From Patescibacteria group bacterium (GTDB taxonomy: Bacteria > Patescibacteriota > Patescibacteriia > UBA9570), in assembly GCA_041665365.1 (NCBI GenBank), contig JBAYIY010000006.1, positions 19,602 through 83,601 of the forward strand: a stretch of DNA of 64,000 nucleotides, read 5' to 3'. Both the position numbers and the translations under genes were made by a program. Under the pieces are notes generated by a model, which worked only from the letters and a program-made list of their open reading frames with translations, searched no databases and was not told the origin of the DNA. This document shows, one piece after another, positions 19,530 through 28,897 of this stretch (positions are counted from its first letter, which is position 1; each line of letters begins with the position of its first letter).

Positions 19530-20774
19530 CTACCCGTTGGCAATCCCCTTGGCTAACATCGCTTGTTCGATGCGTTTGGCGGCATGAATGTAGGCCGCAG
19601 TACGCATTTCACAGTTATATTTTTCTTTAATCGCCCAAATGGCATTGAACGAATCAACCATAATTGGTTCCAATTTGGCTAACACTTCTTTTTCTGACCA
19701 ATAATAATTGTAGGCATTTTGTACCTGTTCAAAGTAAGATACTGTGACACCACCGGCATTAGACAAAATATCGGGTACTAAAATGATGCCTTTCTTGGCT
19801 AAAATTTCATCGGCTTCAGGAGTGGTTGGACCATTGGCTAATTCCACAATGGCTTTACATTTCAATTGGCCAGCATTTTCTGCCAAGATTTGATTCTCCA
19901 AAGCGGCTGGTACCAAAATATCACAGGCCGTAGTTAACACTTGGGCATTGGTGACATTTTTGGCACCGGGGAAATTTTGCACACCGCCAGTTTTGGCTTT
20001 GTGTTTTTCTACAGCCACTGGGTCTAATCCTTTTTCGTTAACAATACCACCGCGGGAATCTGACAAACCAACAATCTTATAACCTTGTTTGGTTAAAATC
20101 TTCGCCATGTAAGAACCGGCATTGCCGAAACCCTGAATCACCACTGTGGAGCCTTTCTTAAATTTCATTTTTTTGGCTAGCTCTAACATGACATACACAC
20201 CCCCTTGCGCGGTAGAATAACCACGACCTGCAGAACCACCAACAGCAATTGGTTTACCAGTAATCACACCGGGCATTTGGTGACCATGTAGAGTATTAAA
20301 TTCATCAAGCATCCAAGCCATAATCTGTGGTGTGGTATACACATCTGGCGCTGGCACATCAATATCTGGACCAAGATCACCACGTAAGCCACGAATAAAG
20401 CCACGGGATAATCTTTCTAATTCACGCACCGATAATTCTTTTGGATTAACCGTCACACCACCCTTACCACCACCTAATGGAATACCGACCGTCGCACACT
20501 TAAAAGTCATCCAGAAAGCTAAGGCTTTTACTTCATTGATATCGGTATCTTGATGAAAGCGAATGCCACCTTTGTTAGGACCACGGGAATTATCATACTG
20601 TACGCGATAGCCTTCATAAACCTTAATATCGCCATTGTCCATCCGAATTGGAATAGAAAAATGAATTTCGCGCTTGGGTTGTTTCAAACGAGCATGCACA
20701 CTGGCATCCAACCCCATTAGTGTAGCGGCTTTATCGAGTTGTTTCTGCGCCGATTGAAACGGATTAACTTTCAT
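19530..20774 (-). CDS. gdhA: Glutamate dehydrogenase (Glu/Leu/Phe/Val family)
   Basis: GPNKGGIRF, GGGKGG, DVPAPD, ITGKP, QGFGNAG, ELANGP, NAGGVTVSYFE. Confidence 0.95.
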   Translation of the reverse strand: MKVNPFQSAQKQLDKAATLMGLDASVHARLKQPKREIHFSIPIRMDNGDIKVYEGYRVQYDNSRGPNKGGIRFHQDTDINEVKALAFWMTFKCATVGIPLGGGKGGVTVNPKELSVRELERLSRGFIRGLRGDLGPDIDVPAPDVYTTPQIMAWMLDEFNTLHGHQMPGVITGKPIAVGGSAGRGYSTAQGGVYVMLELAKKMKFKKGSTVVIQGFGNAGSYMAKILTKQGYKIVGLSDSRGGIVNEKGLDPVAVEKHKAKTGGVQNFPGAKNVTNAQVLTTACDILVPAALENQILAENAGQLKCKAIVELANGPTTPEADEILAKKGIILVPDILSNAGGVTVSYFEQVQNAYNYYWSEKEVLAKLEPIMVDSFNAIWAIKEKYNCEMRTAAYIHAAKRIEQAMLAKGIANG

Positions 20775-20787
20775 AGATATTTGTTAC

Positions 20788-20807
20788 AGACATGCCATGG
20801 CATGTCT
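20788..20807. repeat. Truncated REP-like palindrome
   Basis: AGACATGCCATGGCATGTCT, identical to 13625-13644. Confidence 0.8.
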
Positions 20808-20837
20808 TTACTAATTAAAGACGCGCCTATTATATGC

Positions 20838-22031
20838 CTAGCTATTATATTCTGCAAGGGCTAATTTTATTAGTTCTAATGATCTCTTTAAAGCAGTAGT
20901 GTTTAACATGAAAGCTAACCGCACTTCTTTTTTACCTTTACCCGGAGTAGCGTAAAAACCAGCGGCTGGTGCTAATAGAACAGTTTCATTATGATCCTGG
21001 AATTCATTAATCATCCAAGCGGCAAAGTTATCGGCATCATCAATCGGTAAACCAATAATGATATAAAAAGCTCCTTCTGGTTTGGAAAAAGTGATGTTAG
21101 GAATCTTTTTTAAACCTTGGTACACCACCTCACGTCGCTTTCTAAATTCTTTAGTCATGATGCTGGTGTATTTTTTTGGATTCTGTAATAACGGTATTAA
21201 AGCCAGTTGTTCAATCGAGGCGACTGATAATCTAGCCATGCCCATTTTTAACACAGCGGCAATTACCGCTTTGTTTTTTGAAGCGACTGTCCCGACCCGC
21301 GCCCCGCACACATTAAATCGTTTTGACGCACTATCTAACACCACGGCTTGTTGCTGAATCTCTTTAAACTCCATGATCGAATAACATTTAGATTCAAAGG
21401 CAAACTCACGATAAACTTCATCCGATAAAATAAATAAACCATGCTGCTTAGCTAACTTAACTAAGCGACCTAATTCTTGTTTTGAAAAAATTGTTCCAGT
21501 CGGATTAGATGGATTACAAATCAAAATGGCTTTAGTTTTTTTAGTAATGACTTTTTTTATCTCTGCATCGGTTGGTAAGTGAAAGCCGTTTTTGATATCC
21601 AAAGTAACTGGTTTTAATGTCACATTAGCCAGCGCGGCAAAACTATTATAGTTAGTATAAAATGGTTCAAATACTATTACTTCATCACCCGGATCACAGA
21701 CTGCTTCTAAGGCAAAAATGATACCTTCTGATCCACCGGATGTAATAATAATATCTTCCGGTTCAAATGGGATATGATTCTTTTTATAATACACACTCCA
21801 GGCTTCTAAGGCTGGTTGTAAACCATTCGATGGCGCATAAGACAAAGTCGGCTCAGAGTATTGTTTGATCGCTTTAAACACATCCGGATGAGTGGGTAAA
21901 TCCGGTTGACCAATATTTAAGTGATAAACTTTGATTCCTTTTTTCTTGCGCGCCTCAGCGGCGGCGGCTAGTTTACGTAAAGGTGACGCTTGTAAGTTTG
22001 TACCACGTGTCGAAATATTTGGAATACTCAT
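20838..22031 (-). CDS. Aspartate aminotransferase-like PLP enzyme (class I/II)
   Basis: LNIGQPD, CNPSNPTG, SDEVY, DSASKRFNVCGARVG, PEGAFY. Confidence 0.9.
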   Translation of the reverse strand: MSIPNISTRGTNLQASPLRKLAAAAEARKKKGIKVYHLNIGQPDLPTHPDVFKAIKQYSEPTLSYAPSNGLQPALEAWSVYYKKNHIPFEPEDIIITSGGSEGIIFALEAVCDPGDEVIVFEPFYTNYNSFAALANVTLKPVTLDIKNGFHLPTDAEIKKVITKKTKAILICNPSNPTGTIFSKQELGRLVKLAKQHGLFILSDEVYREFAFESKCYSIMEFKEIQQQAVVLDSASKRFNVCGARVGTVASKNKAVIAAVLKMGMARLSVASIEQLALIPLLQNPKKYTSIMTKEFRKRREVVYQGLKKIPNITFSKPEGAFYIIIGLPIDDADNFAAWMINEFQDHNETVLLAPAAGFYATPGKGKKEVRLAFMLNTTALKRSLELIKLALAEYNS

Positions 22032-22037
22032 ATTTTT

Positions 22038-23027
22038 TTATGATCTTATAAAATGTTCATTTGATGATACTTTCCAATCTTGATTAACTGACACATTCTT
22101 CCCATCTTTTGTACCTAAATATGTGTAACACGCCAAGGCGGCTTTACATCCTTCACCGGCGGATACTACTACTTGTTTACAATTACTCGTCGTCACATCT
22201 CCAGCCGCAAAAATTCCAGTTTTTGAAGTTCGACAATCTGCCGTCACAATCACTTCATGTTTTTCACTCATATCTACCAACCCATCCAAAAAATTAGTCT
22301 TAGACATAAACCCAGCGTTAATACACACTGCATCTACCACAATAGTCCGCTCAGCTTTCCCTTCTTGTTGTACAACTATGCCGGTAACATTATTTTCACC
22401 AGCAATTTGTTTTAATTGGGCATTCAATACTTGGGTGACATTTTTACATTGCGCCATGGTTTCTAACAAAACAGCTTCAGCGCGAAATTTATCCCGACGA
22501 TGAACCAAATACACTTGCTTAGCTACAGCGGCTAATACATTCACTGATTCAATGGCAGAGTTACCACCGCCAATCACCGCGACAGTTTTTCCACGTAATG
22601 TATCGACTACAGCGGCAGCACTATAAGTTACACCTTTACCAACTAGTTCCGCCTCACCCGGTACATTCAAACTACGCGGTGTTAAACCAAAGGCTAAAAT
22701 AATACTGCGTGTTTCTATTTGTTCAGTATTGTAATCTACAATAAATTTATCCTCAGCTTGTTGTGTAATTTTGTGTACTTCCCCTAACTTAAATTCTGCA
22801 CCAGATGAAACTGCTTGATCACGAAACTTTTTCATTAACTCAAAGCCATCAATGGCACCAACCCCAGGATAATTTTCTATCACCGATGTGGTGGCGGCTT
22901 GCCCACCTAGATCTTTGGAAATTATGACAGTACTTAAATTACGCCGCGCGGTATACAAAGCGGCGGTGAGCCCTGCTGGACCACCGCCGATTATTACTAC
23001 ATCATACTGTTTATCAGATGAGGCCAT
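22038..23027 (-). CDS. Thioredoxin reductase-like FAD oxidoreductase lacking the CxxC motif
   Basis: GGGPAG, IENYPG, GGGNSA, HRRDKFRA, FAAGDV; GVTYSAAAV where CATCD is expected. Confidence 0.85.
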   Translation of the reverse strand: MASSDKQYDVVIIGGGPAGLTAALYTARRNLSTVIISKDLGGQAATTSVIENYPGVGAIDGFELMKKFRDQAVSSGAEFKLGEVHKITQQAEDKFIVDYNTEQIETRSIILAFGLTPRSLNVPGEAELVGKGVTYSAAAVVDTLRGKTVAVIGGGNSAIESVNVLAAVAKQVYLVHRRDKFRAEAVLLETMAQCKNVTQVLNAQLKQIAGENNVTGIVVQQEGKAERTIVVDAVCINAGFMSKTNFLDGLVDMSEKHEVIVTADCRTSKTGIFAAGDVTTSNCKQVVVSAGEGCKAALACYTYLGTKDGKNVSVNQDWKVSSNEHFIRS

Positions 23028-23334
23028 CTAAAGCAGCTTTAAGATCTGCTTTTGTCTGCATCCCAATCATCTGTTGCACTGGTTTACCATTCTGGAAAAA
23101 AATTAGTGTTGGAACAGACATCACTTGATACTGCGCAGGTGTGCTTTCATTTTCATCCACTTCCATTTTACCAATCTTCACAGCCTTGCCTTTATACTCT
23201 TCGGCTAATTCCTCAATTAAAGGACCAAGCAATTTACATGGACCACACCAACTCGCCCAAAAATCAACTAGTACCGGAACGTCAGATTGCAGAACCTCCT
23301 GTTTAAAATTTGCGTCTGTAAAAGCTTGTGCCAT
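23014..23334 (-). CDS. trxA: Thioredoxin (C-terminal domain of the fused ORF; may also be expressed from its own ATG)
   Basis: VLVDFWASWCGPCK, SVPT; TATACT six nt upstream of ATG 23334. Confidence 0.8.
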   Translation of the reverse strand: MAQAFTDANFKQEVLQSDVPVLVDFWASWCGPCKLLGPLIEELAEEYKGKAVKIGKMEVDENESTPAQYQVMSVPTLIFFQNGKPVQQMIGMQTKADLKAALDGLI

Positions 23335-23949
23335 AGAAGCAGTATATAATGCCCGTCCTAATCTTACAATAGTTGCCCCCTCGGCCACTGCTATCGACCA
23401 ATCGTCTGACATACCCATTGATAATTCAGGTAGCTTATACTGTATTTGAAGCTGCTTCATGGTTTTAAAATCCTGTCTGGTTTGTTCAGGTGACTGTTTA
23501 GCGGTAATTGTCATAAGACCGGATAGTTGGAGATGTTGGAATTGCTCGAATTGCGGGATAATGTGGGGAAGTTGTTCGAGGAGAAAACCATATTTATTAG
23601 AATCACGACTTATATTGACCTGAAGAAATACGGGCATGATTCTTTTAAGCTCACTGGCTGCCTGGTTAATAGCTTGAGCCAAGTTTAAAGTATCAACTGT
23701 TTCAATAACATCAAAAGCCTCAACGACTGGTTTAGCTTTATTAGTCTGTAAGTGTCCTATGAAGTGTTTTTCAATATTAGTAGGCAGAAATGGCAGTTTA
23801 CCTTTGGCCTCCTGCCAACGATTTTCTCCAATTAATGTTATGTCATAGTGCTTGAGGATCGATAAAATACGTTCTACAGAAATGTTTTTGGTTACGGCCA
23901 TGATTCTGTATTTATTGTGAGACTCTTTAATATGTGTAATGTTAGGCAT
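23014..23949 (-). CDS. yggS: YggS/PLP-homeostasis protein read in frame into thioredoxin (apparent fusion)
   Basis: MAVTK, GENRWQE, HFIGHLQTNK, LSMGMSDD, VRLGRAL, then no stop before the WCGPC thioredoxin domain. Confidence 0.8.
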   Translation of the reverse strand: MPNITHIKESHNKYRIMAVTKNISVERILSILKHYDITLIGENRWQEAKGKLPFLPTNIEKHFIGHLQTNKAKPVVEAFDVIETVDTLNLAQAINQAASELKRIMPVFLQVNISRDSNKYGFLLEQLPHIIPQFEQFQHLQLSGLMTITAKQSPEQTRQDFKTMKQLQIQYKLPELSMGMSDDWSIAVAEGATIVRLGRALYTASMAQAFTDANFKQEVLQSDVPVLVDFWASWCGPCKLLGPLIEELAEEYKGKAVKIGKMEVDENESTPAQYQVMSVPTLIFFQNGKPVQQMIGMQTKADLKAALDGLI

Positions 23950-23985
23950 TTATTTGTAATAGATATATTGAATCAATCATCGTGT

Positions 23986-24040
23986 CCATGTGTTCCATGC
24001 AGTGGACGAATAATATTCGTCCACTGCATGGAACACATGG
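23986..24040. repeat. 55-bp palindrome, core GTGGACGAATAATATTCGTCCAC, upstream of RAYT 2
   Basis: 27-bp perfect arms CCATGTGTTCCATGCAGTGGACGAATA. Confidence 0.9.
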
Positions 24041-24115
24041 TTACACACATGCATCCACACAATTTTATCAAACATACGTTACCATATCCCCCATTATTGT
24101 TCCACGTGGAACAAT

Positions 24116-24181
24116 TTGACAGCACCGTGTTTCTACGATACATTCACCAAAGAAAAGCGCCCGCCTATTTGGGGCGTTTTT
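24116..24181 (+). promoter_or_regulatory. Promoter plus conserved nuclease-leader hairpin (RAYT 2)
   Basis: TTGACA-17-TACATT then GAAAAGCGCC-CGCCTATTTGG-GGCGTTTTT-ATG. Confidence 0.7.
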
Positions 24182-24748
24182 ATGTATCAACCAAAAATCA
24201 GAAAACAATTACGCCTTAATGGTTATGATTATTCATCATCTGGTTGTTATTTTATTACGATTTGCACTCGTTTTATGCAACATTGGTTTGGTGAAATTAA
24301 TAATCGTAAGATGAATCTCAATACATATGGAAAAATTGCACACAACTATTGGCTCGAAATTCCAAAACATTATACAAATGTTTCAATTGATGAATTTGTC
24401 ATCATGCCGAATCACATACATGGAATCATTGTCATTAAACCGTCGGTTAACGAACGAATTGGAGGAGTGGACGAATAATATTCGTCCACTCCTCCAATTC
24501 GTTCGTCCATCAATGTTGCCCGCACATGTACATCCACAACATATAATTCCGCATCCCCGAATTACGGATTAATATCCAAAATTGTAAAATCATACAAACA
24601 TGTTGTCACACGAACAATGAAATTAACGAACTCATGTGCGCAATTTTCCTGGCAACGCTCATATTACGATGATATTATCAGAAATGACCACCATTTTAAT
24701 AATGTTCGTAAATACATCCATAACAACCCAATTAAATGGAAACATTAA
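24182..24748 (+). pseudogene. REP-associated tyrosine transposase gene 2, interrupted by one in-frame TAA (24476-24478)
   Basis: RLNGYDYS, YFITICT, VIMPNHIHGI; the same frame resumes ...NYGLISKIVKSYK...WQRSYYDDIIRN...YIHNNPIKWKH*. Confidence 0.85.
24450..24506. repeat. 57-bp palindrome inside RAYT 2 carrying the stop codon at its apex
   Basis: 28-bp perfect arms ACGAACGAATTGGAGGAGTGGACGAATA. Confidence 0.9.
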
Positions 24749-24806
24749 TTCTTTGTGGATTTATTCACCGAAGCTCACTGACGCCGAAGGCTAAGGTGAA
24801 CGAAGG

Positions 24807-24879
24807 TGGACCTGAGCGGACTCGAACCGCTTACCTCAGCAATGCGAATGCTGCGCTCTACCAGATGAGCTACAGGCCC
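24807..24879 (-). tRNA. tRNA-Ala(CGC)
   Basis: GGGCCTG acceptor with G3:U70, loop TTCGCAT. Confidence 0.93.
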
Positions 24880-24886
24880 AAATAAG

Positions 24887-24959
24887 TGGACCGACGGGGA
24901 TTCGAACCCCGGACCTTTCCCATGCCATGGGAACGCTCTACCAACTGAGCTATCGGCCC
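24887..24959 (-). tRNA. tRNA-Ala(GGC)
   Basis: GGGCCGA acceptor with G3:U70, loop ATGGCAT, GGTTCGAATCC. Confidence 0.93.
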
Positions 24960-24972
24960 TTAAGCGAAACAA

Positions 24973-25035
24973 TCTACCAACTGCCTGTCCGCCAAAGCTC
25001 GAGTCTTCGAGAGCGTCGGCGGAAGCTATCGGCCC
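24973..25035 (-). pseudogene. Duplicated 5' fragment of tRNA-Ala(GGC) split by a 40-nt hairpin insert
   Basis: GGGCCGATAGCT-[insert 24984-25023]-CAGTTGGTAGA matches the first 23 nt of the adjacent tRNA. Confidence 0.7.
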
Positions 25036-25109
25036 CTACAAAAAGGATCATTTATCTAAACCTTGAGGACTATATACCAACTTACTAAAAAGATCAAATG
25101 TACTGCCTG

Positions 25110-25181
25110 TGCCCCAGAAGAGAATCGAACTCCCATCTCTCCCTTAGGACGGGATTGCTCTATCCATTGAGCTACTGAGGC
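25110..25181 (-). tRNA. tRNA-Arg(CCT)
   Basis: GCCTCAG acceptor, loop GTCCTAA, GTTCGATTC. Confidence 0.9.
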
Positions 25182-25417
25182 TAATATTAGAATATTAATT
25201 GCGTCGCAAAACTATTCTAGGAAATTAACCTATGAAATAAGTCTTTTGAAAACTGCCCTAATACATTTGTCTTACTGTCATACACGTATAACCCAACGAC
25301 ACTGCTTAAGACAATCGTCAAAATTATTGTGTAGACCACTAGATCTTTTTTCATTGCCCTATTCTAGCAATGTTATGCACAGTAGACAACGTCTCTAGAT
25401 TAAGATATACAGAACAC

Positions 25418-25789
25418 ATGTCTAAATTTTTTAATAATAATGAAGTTGATATGGATGCACAACCTAGTACCGTCATCGGTGATGGCGTCAAAGTCGAAGG
25501 AAAATTTACTGGTAACGGCCCCATCACAGTTCTGGGTGAGGTTGTTGGCACCTTAAGTACAAAAGATGATTTGTTAGTTGAAGACAGCGCCAGAATAGAG
25601 GCCGATGTTGAAGCCAACAATATCACTTTAGCGGGTGAAATTAAAGGTAATGTTTTATGCCATGGAAAATTGCATATTATGGCGTCTGGAAAAGTTTTTG
25701 GCGATGTCACAACCAATATTTTATCCGTAGAAACTGGAGCTATTTTGAAAGGTCAATGTACTACTGGTGCAGATAGCCAAACTGCTTAG
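25418..25789 (+). CDS. Bactofilin (polymer-forming cytoskeletal protein)
   Basis: TVIGDGVKVEG, V/I-x-G beta-helix repeats, VETGAILKG. Confidence 0.9.
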   Translation: MSKFFNNNEVDMDAQPSTVIGDGVKVEGKFTGNGPITVLGEVVGTLSTKDDLLVEDSARIEADVEANNITLAGEIKGNVLCHGKLHIMASGKVFGDVTTNILSVETGAILKGQCTTGADSQTA

Positions 25790-25794
25790 GAATT

Positions 25795-26517
25795 ATGTTC
25801 TTTTATCTGTACGATAATTTCGTACTTGATAAAAAATATACCGGGATCTTGGATCACATGGAAGCTAGGGTGATTGAGCTTGGTATTAACGGCCGGGTTG
25901 AGAAGCTGTTGCCTTTGCGCAACATGAAGGAGTTGATTGAACACGGTATCAAACAAGGTGCTCATACTGTTGTAGTAGTTGGTAATGACCACACTTTTTT
26001 ACGCGCCTTACAAGTGGTGGCCCAGTATGATTGCAGTATGGGATTTTTACCCTTTGGTGAAACTAAGCTCGGTGCCTGGTTCGGGGTAACTGATGCACTT
26101 GATGGTTGTGATACATTATCGCGCCGCATTACTAAACAACTCCCACTCGGCAAAGCTAATCAAATATATTTCTTAATCACTGCTACAGCAATATTGCCAA
26201 TAAACACCCAGCTAATGTGCAATAATAAATGGACAATCAGTACTCAAACTGAGGCAGTTGCTTGCTCAATTACAATATTTGATCAAACGCATATTAAGTT
26301 GTTTATTAAACCGATCGGCCAAACTGGGGGATTGTTCCGAAAAGCCAAGACCTATCATCCCACCGAGCTGGTGGTTGAACGCCTAGCCTTGGAGCACCCT
26401 GGACAATCTCTGCCCGTTACATTAGATGGTGTCACCGTTGTCAAAACTCCAGTAATAATAACAGCTAAACCTAAGGCTATAAAAGTTATCGTTGGCAAGC
26501 ACCGTCAATTGACATAA
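25795..26517 (+). CDS. Diacylglycerol kinase / NAD kinase-like protein
   Basis: VVVVGNDHTF, GFLPFG, VTLDG. Confidence 0.65.
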   Translation: MFFYLYDNFVLDKKYTGILDHMEARVIELGINGRVEKLLPLRNMKELIEHGIKQGAHTVVVVGNDHTFLRALQVVAQYDCSMGFLPFGETKLGAWFGVTDALDGCDTLSRRITKQLPLGKANQIYFLITATAILPINTQLMCNNKWTISTQTEAVACSITIFDQTHIKLFIKPIGQTGGLFRKAKTYHPTELVVERLALEHPGQSLPVTLDGVTVVKTPVIITAKPKAIKVIVGKHRQLT

Positions 26518-26546
26518 GCGCCTAAAATCGCTAGAGTAAGCCGACT

Positions 26547-28538
26547 ATGAATGTATCAGAAATCATTCGGGAGTTGAAGATGAATAAAGATGAATTTTTT
26601 CCGCTGGCGGTACAGCTTGGTTTTGATATTGGTGAACGTGCCATCAAGGTAGACGATCAAGTGGCTATTAAGCTTATTACCGCTATTAAAGGCCACCGCA
26701 AACAACAACAACGTAAAAGTTTATTTGCGCACGAAGAAAAGACAGAGGTTAAGACAGATTTAGCCACAGACACTGCCCGTGTCTTAGAGGTACCTGACCC
26801 CATTACAACCAAACAATTTGCTGATCTATTACACAAACCAGTCACCGATGTTATCAGTGTATTATTGCGTAATGGCATCATGGCAACAATTAATGAAAAT
26901 TTGGATTTTGTCACAGCTACAATTATTGCGGAAGATTTTGGCTACACCACACAAAAAGTTGCTTCCACCACGAATGCTCTTGAATTAGGCCGTGAAGAAC
27001 GCCTAAAAACTGCTCTAGCAGCCGATATTCAATCTAATTTACAATCCCGCCCACCAGTCATTGTTGTCATGGGTCATGTTGATCATGGTAAAACCACCTT
27101 GCTCGATGCCATTCGAAAAACCAACATTGCTGGCCATGAAGCTGGGGGAATCACTCAAACAATTGGCGCTTATCAAATTGATTACAAAGACCGTAGTATT
27201 ACTTTCATAGATACCCCGGGTCATGAGGCTTTTACCGCCATGCGCTCGCGTGGTGCCAATGTGGCCGATGTCGCTATTCTAGTGGTCGCAGCCGATGATG
27301 GTATGAAACCACAAACTATCGAAGCCATTGCTATATTAGAAAAAGCCAACCTGCCTTTTGTGGTGGCCATCAATAAAATGGATAAATCAGGGGCTGATAT
27401 TGAACGCGTAAAAAAGGAATTGTCGGAAGTTAATTTAGTACCGGAAGATTGGGGTGGAAAAACTATTTGTGTCCCAATTTCTGCAAAAACCAACCAACAT
27501 ATTGATGAATTGCTCGACATGGTGTTGCTCGTGGCCGACATGAATCAAACTAAACTACAAGCCAACCCAAATCGCAGTGCCGTCGGAACGATTATTGAAT
27601 CACGGGTTGATAAAGATTCTGGGGCTGTAGCTACTGTTCTGATTCAAACCGGCACTTTACATATTGGCGATATTGTTGAAGTTGGTGAGGTGGTTGGTAA
27701 AATCAAAGCCCTTTCTTCCTGGCGTGGTACCCCTTTGAAAACAGCCGTCCCATCTACGCCGGTAAGATTTTTGGGTTTAAAAAATGCTCCTGTAGTTGGT
27801 GATATATTAACCATTTGTACCGATCCTAAAGCTCTTAAACGGAAACAAAAAAAATCATACCAGAGTTTTGCCTACTCCCATCATAAAGCTGAAATTAATC
27901 AAACCGATAAACCCCGCTTATCCATTATCGTGAAGGCTGATACCCACGGTTCACTGGAAGCTCTGATTGGTGCTATTGATAAACTGTGTTTCAAAGATGT
28001 CACAGTTGATATTGTAAAACGCGGTTTAGGCGACGTTACAGAAAAAGATATCGATCAGGCAGTGGCTAGCAAAGCACGACTGATTGGTTTTAATGTTTCC
28101 ACCACAGCAGCGGCCGCTGCTTATGCGCTCGGCACACAAACAACCATTCAACATTTTACAGTTATTTATAAATTGCTCGAGTACATTGAACAAGAACTAC
28201 AAAATTTATTACCACCGGATATTTCGTATAATAAACTGGGTGAAGTGAAATTGTTAGCTATTTTCCGCGTCACCGGTAAGCATGCCATTGTTGGCGGCAA
28301 GGTTCAATCTGGTAGTATTCAACAAAGAGCCATTTGCAAAATTGTCCGGGCTAGTGCCACAGTGGGAGAGGCGACTATTACTCAATTACAAAGTAATAAA
28401 AAAGATGTCGCTGCCGTAGACAACGGTACTGAGTGTGGTCTAAAACTTGATACCACCATTACGCCTCTGGTTGGAGACATCGTTGAGGCCTACACCACTA
28501 GTGAAAAACCACGCGCTTTAGAAAAAATCATTGCTTAG
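26547..28538 (+). CDS. infB: Translation initiation factor IF-2
   Basis: MGHVDHGKTTLLD, DTPGHEAF, NKMD. Confidence 0.97.
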   Translation: MNVSEIIRELKMNKDEFFPLAVQLGFDIGERAIKVDDQVAIKLITAIKGHRKQQQRKSLFAHEEKTEVKTDLATDTARVLEVPDPITTKQFADLLHKPVTDVISVLLRNGIMATINENLDFVTATIIAEDFGYTTQKVASTTNALELGREERLKTALAADIQSNLQSRPPVIVVMGHVDHGKTTLLDAIRKTNIAGHEAGGITQTIGAYQIDYKDRSITFIDTPGHEAFTAMRSRGANVADVAILVVAADDGMKPQTIEAIAILEKANLPFVVAINKMDKSGADIERVKKELSEVNLVPEDWGGKTICVPISAKTNQHIDELLDMVLLVADMNQTKLQANPNRSAVGTIIESRVDKDSGAVATVLIQTGTLHIGDIVEVGEVVGKIKALSSWRGTPLKTAVPSTPVRFLGLKNAPVVGDILTICTDPKALKRKQKKSYQSFAYSHHKAEINQTDKPRLSIIVKADTHGSLEALIGAIDKLCFKDVTVDIVKRGLGDVTEKDIDQAVASKARLIGFNVSTTAAAAAYALGTQTTIQHFTVIYKLLEYIEQELQNLLPPDISYNKLGEVKLLAIFRVTGKHAIVGGKVQSGSIQQRAICKIVRASATVGEATITQLQSNKKDVAAVDNGTECGLKLDTTITPLVGDIVEAYTTSEKPRALEKIIA

Positions 28539-28541
28539 TTT

Positions 28542-28886
28542 ATGCCAAAACAACGCATGCGCCAAATCAATACCCAGCTGCGTGATTATTTCGCCACGGC
28601 TATTATGCGCTTAATTGAATTCCCTCAGGGTGTCGTAGTTAGCGTTACTAAAGTCCACACCACCGCTGATTTACATTACTGCACCGTGTATGTTTCGGTT
28701 GTTCCGGATAGTCAATCAGGTTCAACTTTACAACTGATTAAACGTCACTTGGTTGACCTAGTTGATGATGTGGCAGCTCGAATTACTTTTCGATCAGTGC
28801 CGCATTTTCGCTTTGTCCTAGATGACACAGAGAGGAAAGCCGTTCCCATTGAACAATTACTTGACAGCCTGCTTGAAACCCAGTAA
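28542..28886 (+). CDS. rbfA: Ribosome-binding factor A
   Basis: Follows infB; SVTKV, ADL, PHFRFVLD. Confidence 0.85.
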   Translation: MPKQRMRQINTQLRDYFATAIMRLIEFPQGVVVSVTKVHTTADLHYCTVYVSVVPDSQSGSTLQLIKRHLVDLVDDVAARITFRSVPHFRFVLDDTERKAVPIEQLLDSLLETQ

Positions 28887-28897
28887 GGTAGCGCGTT

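Noticed and set aside
24775-24972. 65-aa ORF, and the N-terminal extensions of ORFs 4636-4908 and 3619-4410
   Set aside because: They overlap clear tRNA genes
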